From assembly GCA_964106915.2 (NCBI GenBank), contig OZ066923.1: 64,000 bases of DNA; one strand, 5' to 3'. A program made the translations under genes and the position numbers. The DNA is from Podarcis gaigeae. Its lineage: Eukaryota. The notes below the pieces were generated by a model that worked only from the letters and a program-made list of their open reading frames with translations, was not told where the DNA came from and made no database searches. Shown here in pieces: positions 13,880-27,700 of this stretch (positions within the stretch are counted from its first letter, which is position 1; every line of letters starts with the position of its first letter).

Positions 13880-14234
13880 CAGTGGTGCCCCGCAAGACGA
13901 ACGCCTCGCAAGACGAAAAACCCGCTAGACGAAAGGGTTTTCCGTTTTGGAGGCGCTTCGCAAAACGAAATCCCCTATGGGGTTGCTTCGCAAGACGAAA
14001 AAAATCTTGCATCCCCCGCGGGTTTTTTTCGCTTTTTTCGCCCTTTTCTTAAGCCGCTAAGCCGCTTATCAGCTGTTCTGCTGATAAGCCGCTTAACAGC
14101 TGATCGCTGGAAGCCGCTTGACAGCTGTAGCGCTAATCTGCTAAGCTGTCAATGGGCTTGCTTCGCAAGACAAAAAAACCGCTATACGAAGAGCCTCACG
14201 GAACGGATTAATTTCGTCTTGCGAGGCACCACTG
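13880..14234. mobile_element. Tigger/pogo-like MITE, CpG-rich and therefore probably young
   Basis: TIR CAGTGGTGCC(C/T)CGCAAGACGAA; TA TSD. Confidence 0.88.
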
Positions 14235-17072
14235 TACTTAAAAAAGGTATCTTCATGTTCCGATACACCTAAAGCTGACCCCTAATAGTACAGAGGCATG
14301 ACTGGTACAACTTGTGGGGTAAGCACACTACTACTGCAATCTGCACCATCATGGCAACGCAAAACACAGCTTCCACCACTACATGCATCATCGTCCCACA
14401 AAAGTCACAAATTCCATTTCCCCACAAGCACAACAAACTTTTGCACTGGGCCCAAGTACACAGGCCAGCCAAAGTAAATAATGAGCACTTCTTGTGTTGA
14501 AGATCCCTAAACATTTTCAAACCAGCAGTTTTGGTCAGGGCTGTTTCCCTTTCAGAAGGCTTCTTAATATTCACTGCTTCCAAAATATTGCTACAGGGGA
14601 TTACACACACCCAAGATCTTCTGGACACTCCCAGCAACACTGAGACCCCCTTTCCCAGGAACTCTCATCTGGGTTGTAATTTGGTGAAGATAAGAAACAG
14701 CAGGAGCACTTTCAAGTAGCAGGAGAGAGACTCTCTTATTTGGCCATACTCCAGTGAAAACAGGGCAAGGCCCTGCTCTGCCAATCCAGAAGATTCGGGG
14801 AGGGGATGGCAAAGAACACCAAAAAAACCCAAACAACTGGATAATAAGCAAGTCAACCTTAAGTAGGCCCTATATATAGAGGGCACACCATTACATTCTA
14901 GCTGCTCAAATGCAGAAAGATTCAAACTACGATGTGTAACCTACAATGCAGTTAAAAAAGAGCGGAATCAGGGGCAGAGAGCAGAAGGGGAAGGCATCAT
15001 TCACATGCACCACTGCTGTCTGTAAATCCTTGTGATATACAGGCCCTCCCACCCCACATACATTCCAGCTGCCATGGTTAGGCTGGTAAATGATACTCCT
15101 TCCCTCTGCTCACATTTCACTCAAGGCCAATCATAGCGCAAGTAACTTAGCAAGAAGCCATTTGTTTTGCATCCCTCATTTGCCTCATAAACAAAGAGGC
15201 CCCAGGAGATATCCCTTTGACACCTTGAAAGTAATCCTCGCTTTCCCACAGGGGGTGTGGGAATGATCACATTCCAATTTCATAAAACTGTAGGACAGAA
15301 CTAGGTCACCCAGTAATTGTGTAGCCTTAAAGGGGCAGCCGAGTTTGGATTTCACTTTGAAGTCTGAAAATGAGGTCAACATCACAGGAAGGGGTGGGGG
15401 TGGGAAGAAAAGGCAGTCTTGAGGGGACATCTCCTCTTCTGACATGCATACCATCCATATGAGAACCTCATGCTGTGGCCCTCATTCCTGAAGGATTTAT
15501 AAATAAACGCAGAGACTGTACAAACCTACATAGCTGGGAGCTTTACGGATCGAGTCTGACATTGTGAGCATTTCACACAGGGCTCCAGTTTTCCCCCCAA
15601 GGTGCTGCCCTAACACGCATCAGGCTATTTCCTTTAACATCTCCTTCTGCGTAACCAGTGCCTCCCGGCTGGAAGAGGTGGGGAGAACACACACAGGTTT
15701 CCAAATTGTGTTCAACTTCTGGTCGGTCCTTGAAAATACATTCAGGGTTTCCTCAGTAAGATCAGGCAGACAACTTGCGCCCCACTGCCAGCTTTCTCCT
15801 GCAGTGTCCACCCCAGGAGCACATGGGGACCTTCAAGGATGCGCTCTCAGGTGATATAGGGCAACGGTGAGGCCTACAACTGGTGCCCTGCATGAAGCGA
15901 CTCGCATTGTGCTCTGTACGTGTCCCTGGATCCATTACAACATGCAAGCCCAATCCGTAGAGATTCCTCAGTAGGCAAGGGTTTCCTAAAAGAAGGTTTG
16001 AGAACCCCTGAACCTAAAAAAATGTAGTGTCTCAGATAATATTTCTGAAGGCAGCAGCCGCCTCACTCTCTTGGTTTCATCAGGAACTTGGAGCATTATG
16101 AGTGAAATCCTAGTGGCATTTGTGTTGACGGCTGAGGCGACAATCTTTTGAAGTTGTAAGTCCTGGATGCTTAACGGGCAGGTCCATTGGCAGATACCAA
16201 GAACAAAACAGAAATTGCTGAGAAGTGGTATGATGGGTTAGCAAATTTTCAGGGTTAAGAATTCACTGGCAGTTTTTCAATGAAGTGTAGTTCTGAAACC
16301 AGAAATTAGATGATTCCCTCTGTTTAGCTGGTATATGCGACAATCTTGGCCATGTGTATACTTAAAACTTGCAACACAATCTCTGAAATCAGACTTGTTT
16401 CATATAGTTTATAGGACTGTAAGACATAGAAAACTGCTAAGATTTTAAATGCATCCTTAATAGCTGTGGAACAATTAGACCAAAATAGATGAGCATCAGT
16501 TCTCAAATGTGCCAACATGTAAGAATCAGTCATTTCAACAAACCAGTGCTGAAAGTTAGCTTCTGTAGAAGAAATCAAGCAAACCTTTGAACTGCAAATA
16601 TGTTTAATGAGGAAGGAAATGCCATAGACTAACCTCTAGGCTCCTTCTTCAGGTTTAACAGGAGTTAAATACATAACAGAATGTGTTCTAGGACTTAGAC
16701 GCTGAAATGGAGAATGATGTTCACCCTGCTGACACTAAACCATACTAAGGATGAGACACTGACCTGAAAGTGTGGCATATTTCAGTGAAGGATAAATACT
16801 GGTGGAGCATATTAGTTAATCGCATGAACTATGTAAGCAGGGAAGTATTTGGTTCAAATATCAGTTCTACCACAATCAACCTGGATAACCTTTAGCAAAG
16901 CCACCAACACCATCTCCTACATATGCATCAGACCATGCACTAAATGACTGTATAATGTATTTCAGTATTTGTCACAGAGACAGGAAAAATATAGTTGTCC
17001 TTGTACAATAAGGTGGAAAGCAAGCAGCATAACCCCAGCCATTTATGAAATAATTTGGTAACTAACATACTA

Positions 17073-17279
17073 CAGTGGACGCTCGGGTTGCGAACGTGAT
17101 CCGTGCGGGATGCACGTTTGCAACCCGCATCTGTGTGTCTGCGGGTTGCGATTCGGCGCTTCTGTGCATGCGCAACTGCCAAAACCTGGAAGTAACCCGT
17201 TCCGGTACTTCTGGGTTTCGGCAGTCCGTAAACCCAAAAAAACCACAACCTGAAGGGTCTGTAACCCGAGGTATGACTG
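17073..17279. mobile_element. Tigger/pogo-like MITE
   Basis: TA|CAGT..CTCGGGTT / AACCCGAG..ACTG|TA imperfect TIRs. Confidence 0.8.
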
Positions 17280-19947
17280 TACAGTTAAACAAATTAGGAA
17301 AACCTTAATTTAAACATGTGCCATTTCCTTATTGGCCTAAAGCAGTTATTTTCTACATGAGAAAATAATTTTAAATGTCACATAAATTCTGTAATTTTTC
17401 AGAACCCCAAAGCTGTGTATAAAAGCAAAACTCAATATACACTTGGATCCAGCTGTAATGCAAGGAAGCCAATATTCTAGTTGGCTGCCATGTTTACCAA
17501 TGTCATGTTGTCAACAAGGCAGTAAATGCAGGGGGGGTGTTATTGGGTTGTCATTATTTTATGGTTTTATATTTTGATTTTATTCTGTGACCCATCCTGA
17601 GACCTCCAGGAATAGGGCAGTATATAAATTCAATCACTCAATAAGGTCTGGACTGTATCACTTAAGAAGACTACAGATGGGGATTCACATAATGGGATTC
17701 TCTGCCAAGCAAAACATGCCCGACATGTGGAAAAGTCGGAGTATTAGGATACAATCCCCAAGATGCAAGTCTTAAGACTGCCTTAGTAAGAACTAGTTCT
17801 CAAATATGCAAAGTTGCAAAGTTGCCATTCAGCCTTCACCAGTAATTCATTTGCCCTCAGCCGTCTGAGGAGGGTGTTACAACCATATCTCCCAAACAAA
17901 AAACCTGAAAAGCAACATAGGAAACCTGAAACATACGAAAACTGAACCTTCCACAAGTATAAAAATCCTCTTCTAGAACTGGCAGTCACTTACGACTGTA
18001 ACTGTGCCCCTTCCCATCCAGTAAGAGTGAGAAAATGTTGGGGTTTTGGAAGAAGTGACTCTCACTGCCCTGGGAAGGAAACGAACCATCCAAGCAGGCC
18101 CCCGTCATGGGAAGGGGGGGTGACACCTTTGGGGTCCTTGTTCCCTCAAATGTATCTTACACAAAATTGCAGCTTTTGTTTACCAATATAAAGGGGAGGA
18201 GGGGTGCTGCCAGTATTTCACTCCCAAACCTCCAGTAACAAAGAAAACTGCTCCTGGCTTGCAAGAAGTGTACAAAGTGATAAATTTTTGCTGTTCACCA
18301 ACTTGGGGCGGTCTAGAAATGTTTTTATAAACAAATGGGCACACTTTTTTTTTGTTTAAATTGTTAAAGGAATTTGGCAACTTCACACTTCTTTAAACAG
18401 GGCCTACATTTCATAAAATATTCACTTTCACACCCCCAGTTCCCCCACATCTCCAGTTGTGGGCTTGTTCCATTGTCATGGACTACGGAACAGCTGCTGA
18501 CAGCAATACTGAAACCAGTATGGATGAAGTAGAAGCAGAAGGCGCCCAAAGAGAGCCTACACCTCTCAAAATAATTGTCCTGCTTAAATAACTTTCTCCT
18601 TAAAAAGCCCAAGCTCTCCAGGTGAGAGACTAACCAGCCAGTCAGCAGACTTGAGCCAACTGTTCTGTTTTGAGCTACTGAAGTAAAATCCCATCTTTTC
18701 CACCACCCTGGCACTTCCCATTTTCATTGACCATCTGCCCTACTCACCAAACGTCCTGTGGGCTTCAGAATCAGCAGTCCCACCTTGAGCACCATGCCCG
18801 AGAAGTGCTAGACTACGGTCTCTAGGGTCTCCCAAACACTCACTACTTTTCCTGGTGCTTATGGCTGCAGGGTATAAGGAATGCTAGCAGAGTGCAAGGG
18901 CGGCCCGGGGGTGGGGGGAGCATGCATTTGTGTCCAAATAAGCACTTGCACCACGCACAGGCAAATGCCCATCTTTACGCATCCAGGGTCAGTTTATCTC
19001 CCACGGTAACAGCACCCTGAATTCTTCAGCTTTTCCCTATATATGGAGAGAAACATTCACTTACATGTGCAAAGCAAAGGAGACCACAATTCACATGGCA
19101 GTTCCGTGTGTTTCTGAAAAGCAGCTCTATTTGCACAGCTCCATCCTTGCTCACACTAGAGTGTAACTATACACTGTATATTTAAAAGTGTGAAAATATT
19201 ACAGTACATCAAGGCTTTTTGACTTCAGGTATATTTGACTGTTCAGAATATCTGCACTTATGAGCGCCTTTGTTGTGGCACTGAAGTTTCAGGAAGAGAG
19301 ATATTTATTTTGCTGATCACTTATGCCCTTCTGCATGTTCTACAACCAACAGTTCGCAGTGCATATTTTACTGTCAAAACCTTGAACGAGGCTAAAGGAA
19401 AAAGAACTAGCAATGCTGACTGCGCCATAAATCCTTAAAAATTGTCTACAGATTAAAAACATGAGGTAAATTTGAATCAGTCACTCCCCATAAATATGGT
19501 TTAGAAAACTGCTTTAAGCTATCCTTTAGAATCAGAAAAGCTACTTATGAAGAACACTGCATACCACACAGGCATTCTGCCATTTATTCAGCTCTTCAAA
19601 AACAGCTTGGGGTTGCCAGCCTGTTTTGGCCCCCATCTCTTCTGCACACATTACTGAAAACAGATAATCTCTTAAAATGCCATCCAAGAGTCCACTCTGG
19701 TACCAAGAGAATAGGAAAGAAAGAAGATGTGGCTCTTCAGCTGGCAAGGCAGGACCCACCAATGGCATTTCAGCTTCACGCACTTGGCAAAAAAATAATA
19801 AAATAAAAGGGGGCAGGCACAATCCCCAGAACATAGCATCTGCCTAAATTCCGGACTTACTTTATACTTAGTATTTATGGATTCTTTTTCTTAAAAGTAC
19901 TTCCAGTTCTCGTCAACTTCAGCATCAAGACACAGGGGACGAATCTT

Positions 19948-20092
19948 AGAATCATAGCACTGCCAGTTGGAAGGGACCATGAGGGCCATCTAGTCCAACC
20001 CCCCGGCAATGGGGGAATCTTTCTCCCAACATGGGGCTCAAGCCTGCAACCCTGAGATTAAGAGTCTCCTGCTTTACTGATGGAGCTATACC
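19948..20092 (-). mobile_element. tRNA(Lys)-derived SINE with CR1-type tail
   Basis: tagctc..gagactcttaatctcagggtt..gagccccatgttggg head followed by gggttggactagatg..cccttccaac..atgattcta. Confidence 0.75.
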
Positions 20093-20165
20093 GCTTTCAA
20101 ACACACCAAGACACTTTATATATATTATCCCCATTATCTTTATAATATGAGGTAGGCTACCTCTA

Positions 20166-20389
20166 CAGTGGTACCTCAGGTTACAGACGATTCAGGTTAC
20201 AGATTCTGCTAACCCAGAAATATTACCTCGGGTTAAGAACTTTGCTTTTCTGAGAACAGAAATTGTGCTCTGGCGGCATGGCAGCAGCGGGAGGCCCCAT
20301 TAGCTAAAGTGGTGCTTCAGGTTGAGAACAGTTTCAGGTTAAGAATGGACCTCTGGAATGAATTAAGTACTTAACCCGAGGTACCACTG
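20166..20389. mobile_element. Tigger/pogo-like MITE (same family as 10915-11139)
   Basis: TA|CAGTGGTACCTC..GAGGTACCACTG|TA. Confidence 0.88.
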
Positions 20390-21589
20390 TACTTCTATAT
20401 TGAAGGGGTCGTGATGTCCTAATGGCCGTGAAGAAACTTGAAATAGCTCACACTTTTAGCCACAAGACACAGCCCCAGATGTAGTGCTCAGTGAAAATGC
20501 CACCACACCATCAGCAGGTGTTACGTTAATGTGCAACATATTAGTCACAAGTCAAACCATGATGAGAATAAGAATTTGATCAAACCACCCTGGAGACCAA
20601 CCCCAAAGCCATTCTAAATTATTCCATTCCCTCCTCCCACTCCATGGCGAGATACTGACTGACCACCTCGTCCTCTGCTTATCCACAGCAGCTCATCTCC
20701 TCTCAAGCTGGTTCATAACAGGCTTTCATGTTATCAGGAACCTGACAAGGCCCAGCTTTAACAACTCTCTGGTCTATTACTACTCCTTATGAGCTACCAC
20801 TCTACATGCGAGGGGCATTCACACATTTGGGAGTCCTCGTGTCTAAGGATGCTATTCTTAGTTGCCCTGTGTGGAGTGACTGTCTGAAACAGAACAGTAT
20901 GATTTTATTGCTTTGGCTCGTTGTTACTGCATTAGGCTTTTTACCATTTTAATGTTGTGCATGTTATCTGGTTGATTTTATCAGGTACTACACGCTGCAT
21001 TCTGAAACAAAGTATATTAAATAAATGAATGAACTATTATTTGTATTAATAAACTTGTTAGCCTGGAGTCTCAACAAAAAGATAAATCTGCCTTGCACAG
21101 GATACCACCATGCCTATTTCACTGCAAACCACTCAGAATCCCTACTACAGCTGCACAGGATTGCCTCTATCCATCACAACAAAGCTTTATTTTTCAGTTC
21201 TCTGGGCTTCGCTGCTCTTTCTTAGAGCCAAGATTCTCAAATGGAAGTTGCAAGTCACTTGTAGGTAGGACAGACAAACGTTGGGCCTGCAAAAGTGATC
21301 TGAAGACCAGTGTCCTTTCTCTCTTTGAAGCCGGGGTGAGGCTTCAAATGCAGCAGATAACGGAAGGAACTGCTCAGTTCCTGTCTTTTGGGTCAATCTG
21401 GAGCAAACAAGCAGACCGTGTTGCCAGGAAAGAGAGGACAGCAAAAGGAGTCTCTATTTTCCAACTCCACAGAATTCATATGCATCAACACTTCTATGGG
21501 CAACAACCTACACACAACCCCCAACGAAACAGATGGTTAATACAGGCCTGGTTTGGGGAGAGGGAGGGTACAATTCAGAAGAGGGATCA

Positions 21590-21897
21590 CTGTATTTTTC
21601 ACTCCATAAGACGCACCTGACCATAAGACGCACCTAGTTTTTGGAGGGGAAATGCAAGGAAAGCAATATTCTTTAAAGGGAGCGCTGAGCAGAGCCTGTA
21701 TGCATCCCAGGCTCTGCTCAGCACTCCCTTCCACGGGCCACGTGGAGCAAGTTGGGGGCTTTTCCCTGAGGAGGGAGAAGGGCAGCCCATCAGTGACGGA
21801 GAGTCTTTCTGGCAAAAAATGATTTAAATCAAGTCTTACTGACTAGTAATTTAAATCGTGATTTAAATTGATTTGATTTAAATCAAATCCACCCTGC
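21590..21897. mobile_element. DNA-transposon fragments: Tc1/mariner-type left end and hAT-type right end with GATTTAAATC repeats
   Basis: ctgtatttttcactccataagacgcacc resembles the ends at 40515 and 62486; repeated gatttaaatc ending in ccaccctg. Confidence 0.6.
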
Positions 21898-23199
21898 TGG
21901 GATCCAAGTCACTGGGAATGAACAGCTTCTCAAAACTGTATTTTGCACAAGTGTAAAAGCGTGCAAGTGTTATAGGATTTCACCACAGTTTACACACACA
22001 AAGACATATGCTGCATACATCCCAGAGCAGAGGTTAAAGACACCAAACTGAACCAACAACCCAACAAGCAGAAGCTTCAAAGTGAAGCTTCAGTCAGTCT
22101 TTATTTTACTCTCTCCAAACTTTCCTCAGATGGTGCCGCCCAACATTTTTACTGGTCAAAAGAAGGTGGGTTTGTTTTGCTCCCGTGAATAAGCAAACGG
22201 CAGATGTCTAGCTGGAATATATGGCAGCTTCCAGTTTCACAGGCAGGAAGAGAAATAAAGAACTCTGTGTTCGCAGGAGCCCTTGCTCCCAACTGGGCAG
22301 AGACAGCAGAAATCTGACAGGCTTTTAAAGCAGCAGAAAACATAACAATATTAAAAACACAAAGTAAGTACCTATTGGACAGAACAACCTCTCCCAAAAT
22401 AACCCTTATCCCAAATTAATGAAACCATGACTTTTTAATTCAATTAAACTGCAGTTATCGAGCCATTCACACACTGCTGAAGCCAAAACAAAAATCAATG
22501 AGGCTGATCCAAAAGGAATCTGGAAAGTTCACTTCCACTAGCCTTGAAACTGCACTACAAGTATGGGGTGTGATTAGGCATGTTGGTTTTTAAAAAGCTA
22601 CCAACTTAAATTAAACCTCAAGCAAATTTTTATTGGCACCAACAGACCGGACTAATAAACTTCTTCCCTCTAGTCTAGTGAAACATAGAACCTTAGCCTG
22701 GGAGACATTAAGCCAGCAGCCCAAAATATTCTCTCAAGCGCGACAAGGTTTTCACAATATCCTGCTAGATCCCCACCACTGCAAGATCACCTTTTCCATT
22801 TAGCACCAGTGTGAACATAAAAGTAGGCCGTTCTTCCCAAGTTTAGGAGGAGGTCTTGAGCATATACCTTCCTTAAAATCTCTTTCCCCCCTTTACCAAA
22901 TCTCATCCATTTTCATTTTTAATATATTTCCCCGTGCTTTCATCTACATGATTTTCCACAAACACACACACACTGCATTCATTGCCCAATCATCACAGGT
23001 TTGAGAAAAGACTCCAATTTCCTTGGCGTCTGATCAACCTGTTTGGATTCTAACCTGCAGATTGGCTCCCCCTCCCTCCCCCCTTCCAGGGAGCTGGTTT
23101 AAATAAAGCCCCCCTTACCGATCCCACCCCAGGCTTCAAGTTTACATTTCTCCACCCTTCGCAGGACTCGCTCCTTCCCCCCCCCCTTCGGAAGATCAG

Positions 23200-24000
23200 C
23201 CCCCATTCAGGACCCAACTCGGCGCTTCCTGCCGATGGCCAACAAGTGGGGAGGGGGCACCTGGCAGCCAAGACCCGGAGGGGGGGGGATAGAGTGTTCC
23301 AGGATGAGAGAGAGAGAAAGGGAGGAATTTGGCAGCATCCCCGAAGCAGCCTGTCCAGAGAGCGGCCGCGCTTGCAAGCCAGGAAAAGCAGGCGAGCTCC
23401 TCCTGCACACGAGGAGACCCACGGACTTACCCAAGTCGGAAGCGGACCGGGACTTTCAGCAAAGAAAAGGCCTCGCCCCTCTGGCCAACTTTACAAAGCC
23501 ATCCCTCGCTCTCTCGCTCTCCTTCTCCCCGAGCTCCTTCCGCCTGGCGCCCCGCAGGATCCCGGCCGGAGAAGCGAGCCAGGCGGAGACCCACGTCACT
23601 CCCTTCCCCAGGCTCCTCCCGCTCCCGCCCCCGCAAAGGGAGGAAAGTCCGGAGAGCCCGCCCCCGCCAACCGGGGATTGGAGAGGGAGGACGTCACTCG
23701 CGGGAAGGGGGCGGGGCTGGGGCTGGCCCGCCTCCCCATCGACATTCCAGGATCCCGGGAAGGGGGGGGGGAGAGGCGGCGCGGGGAGTGAACAGCGCGC
23801 AGCGAATCACGCGGGGGGTTTGTCGCGAATGCAAAGTGCAAACGGGGATCTTTACTACCAGTGCAAAGTGAAAACTGGTTTTAGAGTTTTTCCATTTTGA
23901 AAATCATTTTCCCCTCGTAATTTCCGAAACTGCGTGCTCTCGAGGCGGGTGGGGAGAAGAGCCCCAGGACTTTCAGCAACTGGGAAAAAACTGTGTCGTC
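23200..24000 (-). promoter_or_regulatory. CpG-island promoter (GC boxes, two CRE-like TGACGT sites, CCAAT)
   Basis: Strong GC/CpG enrichment; GGGGCGGGGC 23708-23717, CCCGCCCC ~23657; CACGTCAC 23592-23599 and GACGTCA 23690-23696; ATTGG 23677-23681. Confidence 0.88.
23431..23620 (-). other. PPFIBP1: Non-coding first exon, most likely of PPFIBP1 (liprin-beta-1); TSS approximate; 1..23430 would be intronic
   Basis: Strong donor TGG|gtaagt at 23430, just downstream of the promoter motifs. Identity rests only on the mammalian order ARNTL2-SMCO2-PPFIBP1 (same strand) and PPFIBP1's long 5' UTR introns; no PPFIBP1 coding sequence is in the window. Confidence 0.65.
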
Positions 24001-24375
24001 CTGGAAGAAATCTGCCTGCTCCAGGCCATGCTGGGGGGGGAATTGGAATAAGGTTGCATTTTAACAGCCTCCCCGCCGTTTGGCCCATTCCTTCGCCCTC
24101 GCGCTCCGCTTGCAAGGCTTGCTCTTCGCAGTCCGGAACTGAAATTAACTTCAGTCTGGTTTTACAATGGACGTTATTCACGCAGCAGCAACAGCAAACA
24201 CCAGCCAGTCGCGCAGCCAAATTCTGAATGAATTGCAATTCAACTCAGGGACTGTCGCGAAATCATTCAGTTTAGGGACTGTTGCTAAATCATCTTTTGT
24301 GTGTGTTTTAGGATTGGGGAATCAAAACAAAAGCTTCTCAAACTAATTTTAAAAGGTCTGGCCTGAGACAGGACT

Positions 24376-24745
24376 TATAGAATCAAACAACTGTGGAATT
24401 AGAAGGGACCCCAGGGGTCATCTAGTCCAACCCCTCAATGCAGGAATCTCAGCTAAAGCATCCATGACAGATGGCCACCCAACCTTTGCTTAAATGCCTC
24501 CAATGAAGGAGATTCTGCAACCATTCCACTGCCAAACAACTTACTGTCAGAAAGTTATTCCTGATCTTTAGTTGGAATCTCCTTTCTAGTAACTTGAAGC
24601 CATTGGTTCAAGTCCTAACATCCAGAGTTGGAAAAAATCAAGCTTGTTCCCTCTTCCAGCCCTTGAGATATCTGAAGATGGCTATCCTATCTCCTCTCAT
24701 TCTCCTCTTTTCCAGGCTAAACAGACCCAGCTTCTTCCTTCGTTT
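24376..24745 (-). mobile_element. CR1 LINE 3' fragment
   Basis: Reverse complement resembles the 3' end of the CR1 at 46290-46634. Confidence 0.8.
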
Positions 24746-27700
24746 CTCATAACACCAACAACCTTCTAGTAACACAAAACCCAGACCTTAGTAGACATAC
24801 ACCCAGGCAAGCAAAATGCACTATACTGTACAGTGGCACATTATAACCAGGCAAAAGCCCTCAAGGAGAACCAGCGAGAGGCTTGGTCTAGGGCTGTAGT
24901 GTCCAAACTTTTTTCAAAGAGGGCCAGATTTGATGAAGTGAAGGGCCGTGAGGGCCGGCCAAGGGGCCAACCAAAGTTGTTAAGCTTTTTTTAGGATTGT
25001 ACCCCAGGAAATAAACTGCCACAGTGGCCGGATTAGGCCACCGAAACAGACTTTGGACATGCCAAAGAGTCCAAGAGCTAAACAGACTGACCTCGAGGGC
25101 CACATGTGACCTTCATGCTTGATGTCCCTCCCGCTATTCTAGACATTCAAATGTTATTGTATAGGAGTTCTGTCCTCTTTTGGACTCTGCCTTTATACAT
25201 ATGAGGTACAGTAAAAATATACACATTCCAACACTGAAGCATTTAGAAGTGTTCAGATTAATCCCACACACATTTAATGAACCACAAAGAAGCAGCAGGA
25301 AAACACCTGCAGGCTACGGTCTTTGCATCCTGACACTCCCACTGGCCACGTCCCACATACAGTTGTACATAGAGTCATATGATTCCAGGGGTCATTTAGT
25401 CCAACCCCCTGCAATGCAGGAATCTCAGCTAAAGCATCCCTGACAGACCCCCTGAATGCTCCTCACTCAGCAGCATCAGGGCGGCAGCAGGTGGTGTCCA
25501 TTGGGACTAATGAAGTGGAAGGCAGGGGCCCCAAACAGCAGGTGGAGCCCGTGAGGCACAGAGTCCACTCATTCTAGGTTTGCCCCCCTTCCCTGCTGAG
25601 TTTTACAAGGGCAGACTGGGACCAGGGAAGCCAACAGCCCCTGAACTGGCAAGGTGTGGGTGCCTGAGAGCAGCCTGAGTTTGGGGGGGGGGGAACTTCC
25701 CCATTAGCCCGAACGGAGCAGCCTCCCCTGCTTCAAGTGCTTTCTCACCAGCCATTCACTGGCTATGTTGGGGAGGCCCATCTCAACACCACTTTGGTCA
25801 GAACTAAATACGACTTTGATACAAAGCACTTCATTTTGCCAACAAATTGTGCTGTTCTTCCTCTGAAAATTAAGCCCCAGGTAAGCTCTTCTTTGCATAG
25901 ATTTTATGCCACCACTTTAACAAAGTGAAAATTAGCATAGACAATGCTACTAAGTCTGCAGGAACCTTGAAACTATAACACTTGGATGTGAGAAAACTGC
26001 TAATATTTGCACTGTGGTGCTTAGTCGGGGTATTTTAGATTTAAGTTTTAGCACTTCTGTGGTATTTTAACAGCAATAGGTAGCTAAAGTATTTTAGCTG
26101 TTCTAGGAAAACTGTGGCTGCTTCTAGTCTATGACTGTTTTGCAGTTTAGGGGTATTATTTTTCCTTCCACAATCAAATGGAAATGGAATAAAAATGGTG
26201 GTCTAGGTCAGTGTGGGGTTGTTGTTGTTGTTTTGCAGTACTCACGGGTACATGGTAGTGGCACCTTCCCCCCTCCCCCCAAAGATGGCTTCTAAAGGAA
26301 GCATGCGAGGAGGGGCGCCTTTTCTCCTGTGCCCATGATGGCAGGCCCCTCGGCACCGCCAGCCCCGGCAGTGGCACTTACTCCTCATCCTGCGGTAGCA
26401 TAGTTGCAGGAAGCTGCTGGGCTGCCACTGCACCCGCCACTCTGCCAGCTCTAAGGCTAGCGGAAGGCACTTGGCACACAGCAAGTGGACCAGTCCATGG
26501 CGGCGGCGGCAGAATCGATGGCAGGGTCAGGCAGCGCCAAGAGGACTCCCGTTTCCGTGAAGGCCTCACACGTGGCACAGAGGTGGAGGGCCATGTCTCC
26601 TGGCATTTGCCCCACATCAACCCCCATCCTGCAGCCACAGCCAGTCGGCTGGGAGGGGTATTTCATGGTAAGTACCGGCACCTTTTCTCCCTTCAAAAAA
26701 GGCACTGGTCTAAACAGTACTTAATATAATACCATATCACCCAGCATTGCCATGGCAAAGACTCTTCTATATTTATTCATAATCTAAGTCCTGTTCAGTG
26801 AAGCCTTCTTGCAATTTTAGTCTGCAGCTTCCTTTGTGTAGTTCCCCATCTGTAATTCCTCCCTGCTCAGCATAGTGCAACCTTGCTGATAGGCCTGGGC
26901 GATGTATCAATATATCACCCAGGACTGGTTTGAGGGGCAGACGGCGCTAGCAGCTTCACTCAGCAGTATCTCCTGGGTGAGACTGGCACTGCTCCTGAGT
27001 TGGGATGGGAAGGCCTGGAAAAAACTGGAAAATTGGGAAAGAGCAGTTTCCCCCCGCCCCGTTTCCCCCCAAAGCCGTTTTTTTCGGGGGGGGTGATAAT
27101 AGTTTGAATATTCCACACACTATTCCCCCGTCTGATTTTTCCTGAAAAAAATGGCTTTGGAAAAAAACAGGAAAAAACCTGTCCCCCCCCCCCACCCTCA
27201 ATTTTTCCATTTTTCTTCCAGGTCTTCCAGCACCCCCACTTTGGAGCTCCCTGCCGACAACCAGGCAGGTGCTCTCACTGTACTCTTTCCAGCAACTGCT
27301 CAAAACATTTTCATGAGGGCAGCCCATCTGAACACGTGGAAGCTGCATGCAATTTACTTCCTTTTAACCATCTTTTAAATCCTCTTTCGAATACTCTTAA
27401 ACACCTGCTTTTAACTGTCTTTTATCAACCATTTTAATATTCTGTTGCATATTTTTGTAAACTGTTTAGAAGCTCTCTTACTATCATGCCGTTTATAATA
27501 TATAATAACAAATTCAATTTAAAACACACACACACTCCTTTTCCTTTCAGAGTTTGAGCCTTAGTGCAACATACTACGGTATTCAGTTACTGGATGTTGA
27601 TTACTTCTGGGTCTGGCATGCAAAAAAATTGCCTTACGCTTTGTCCTGGCTGTCCTCAAGTAGCGATGGGAAGGCCTGGGAAAAAACCAGGAAAATGGGG

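Noticed and set aside
15620-15811. Protein-like minus-strand ORF as a possible PPFIBP1 coding exon
   Set aside because: No resemblance to liprin-beta as I recall it and no convincing splice boundaries
19948-20092. tRNA-Lys gene
   Set aside because: Degenerate stems and direct fusion to a CR1 tail indicate a SINE
21093-21620. 175-aa ORF
   Set aside because: Non-ATG start, no recognisable homology or splice structure, ends in a transposon fragment
23235-23900. Long overlapping ORFs (221, 181, 180 aa)
   Set aside because: Stop-poor by-product of the GC-rich CpG island; low-complexity peptides, no recognisable domain
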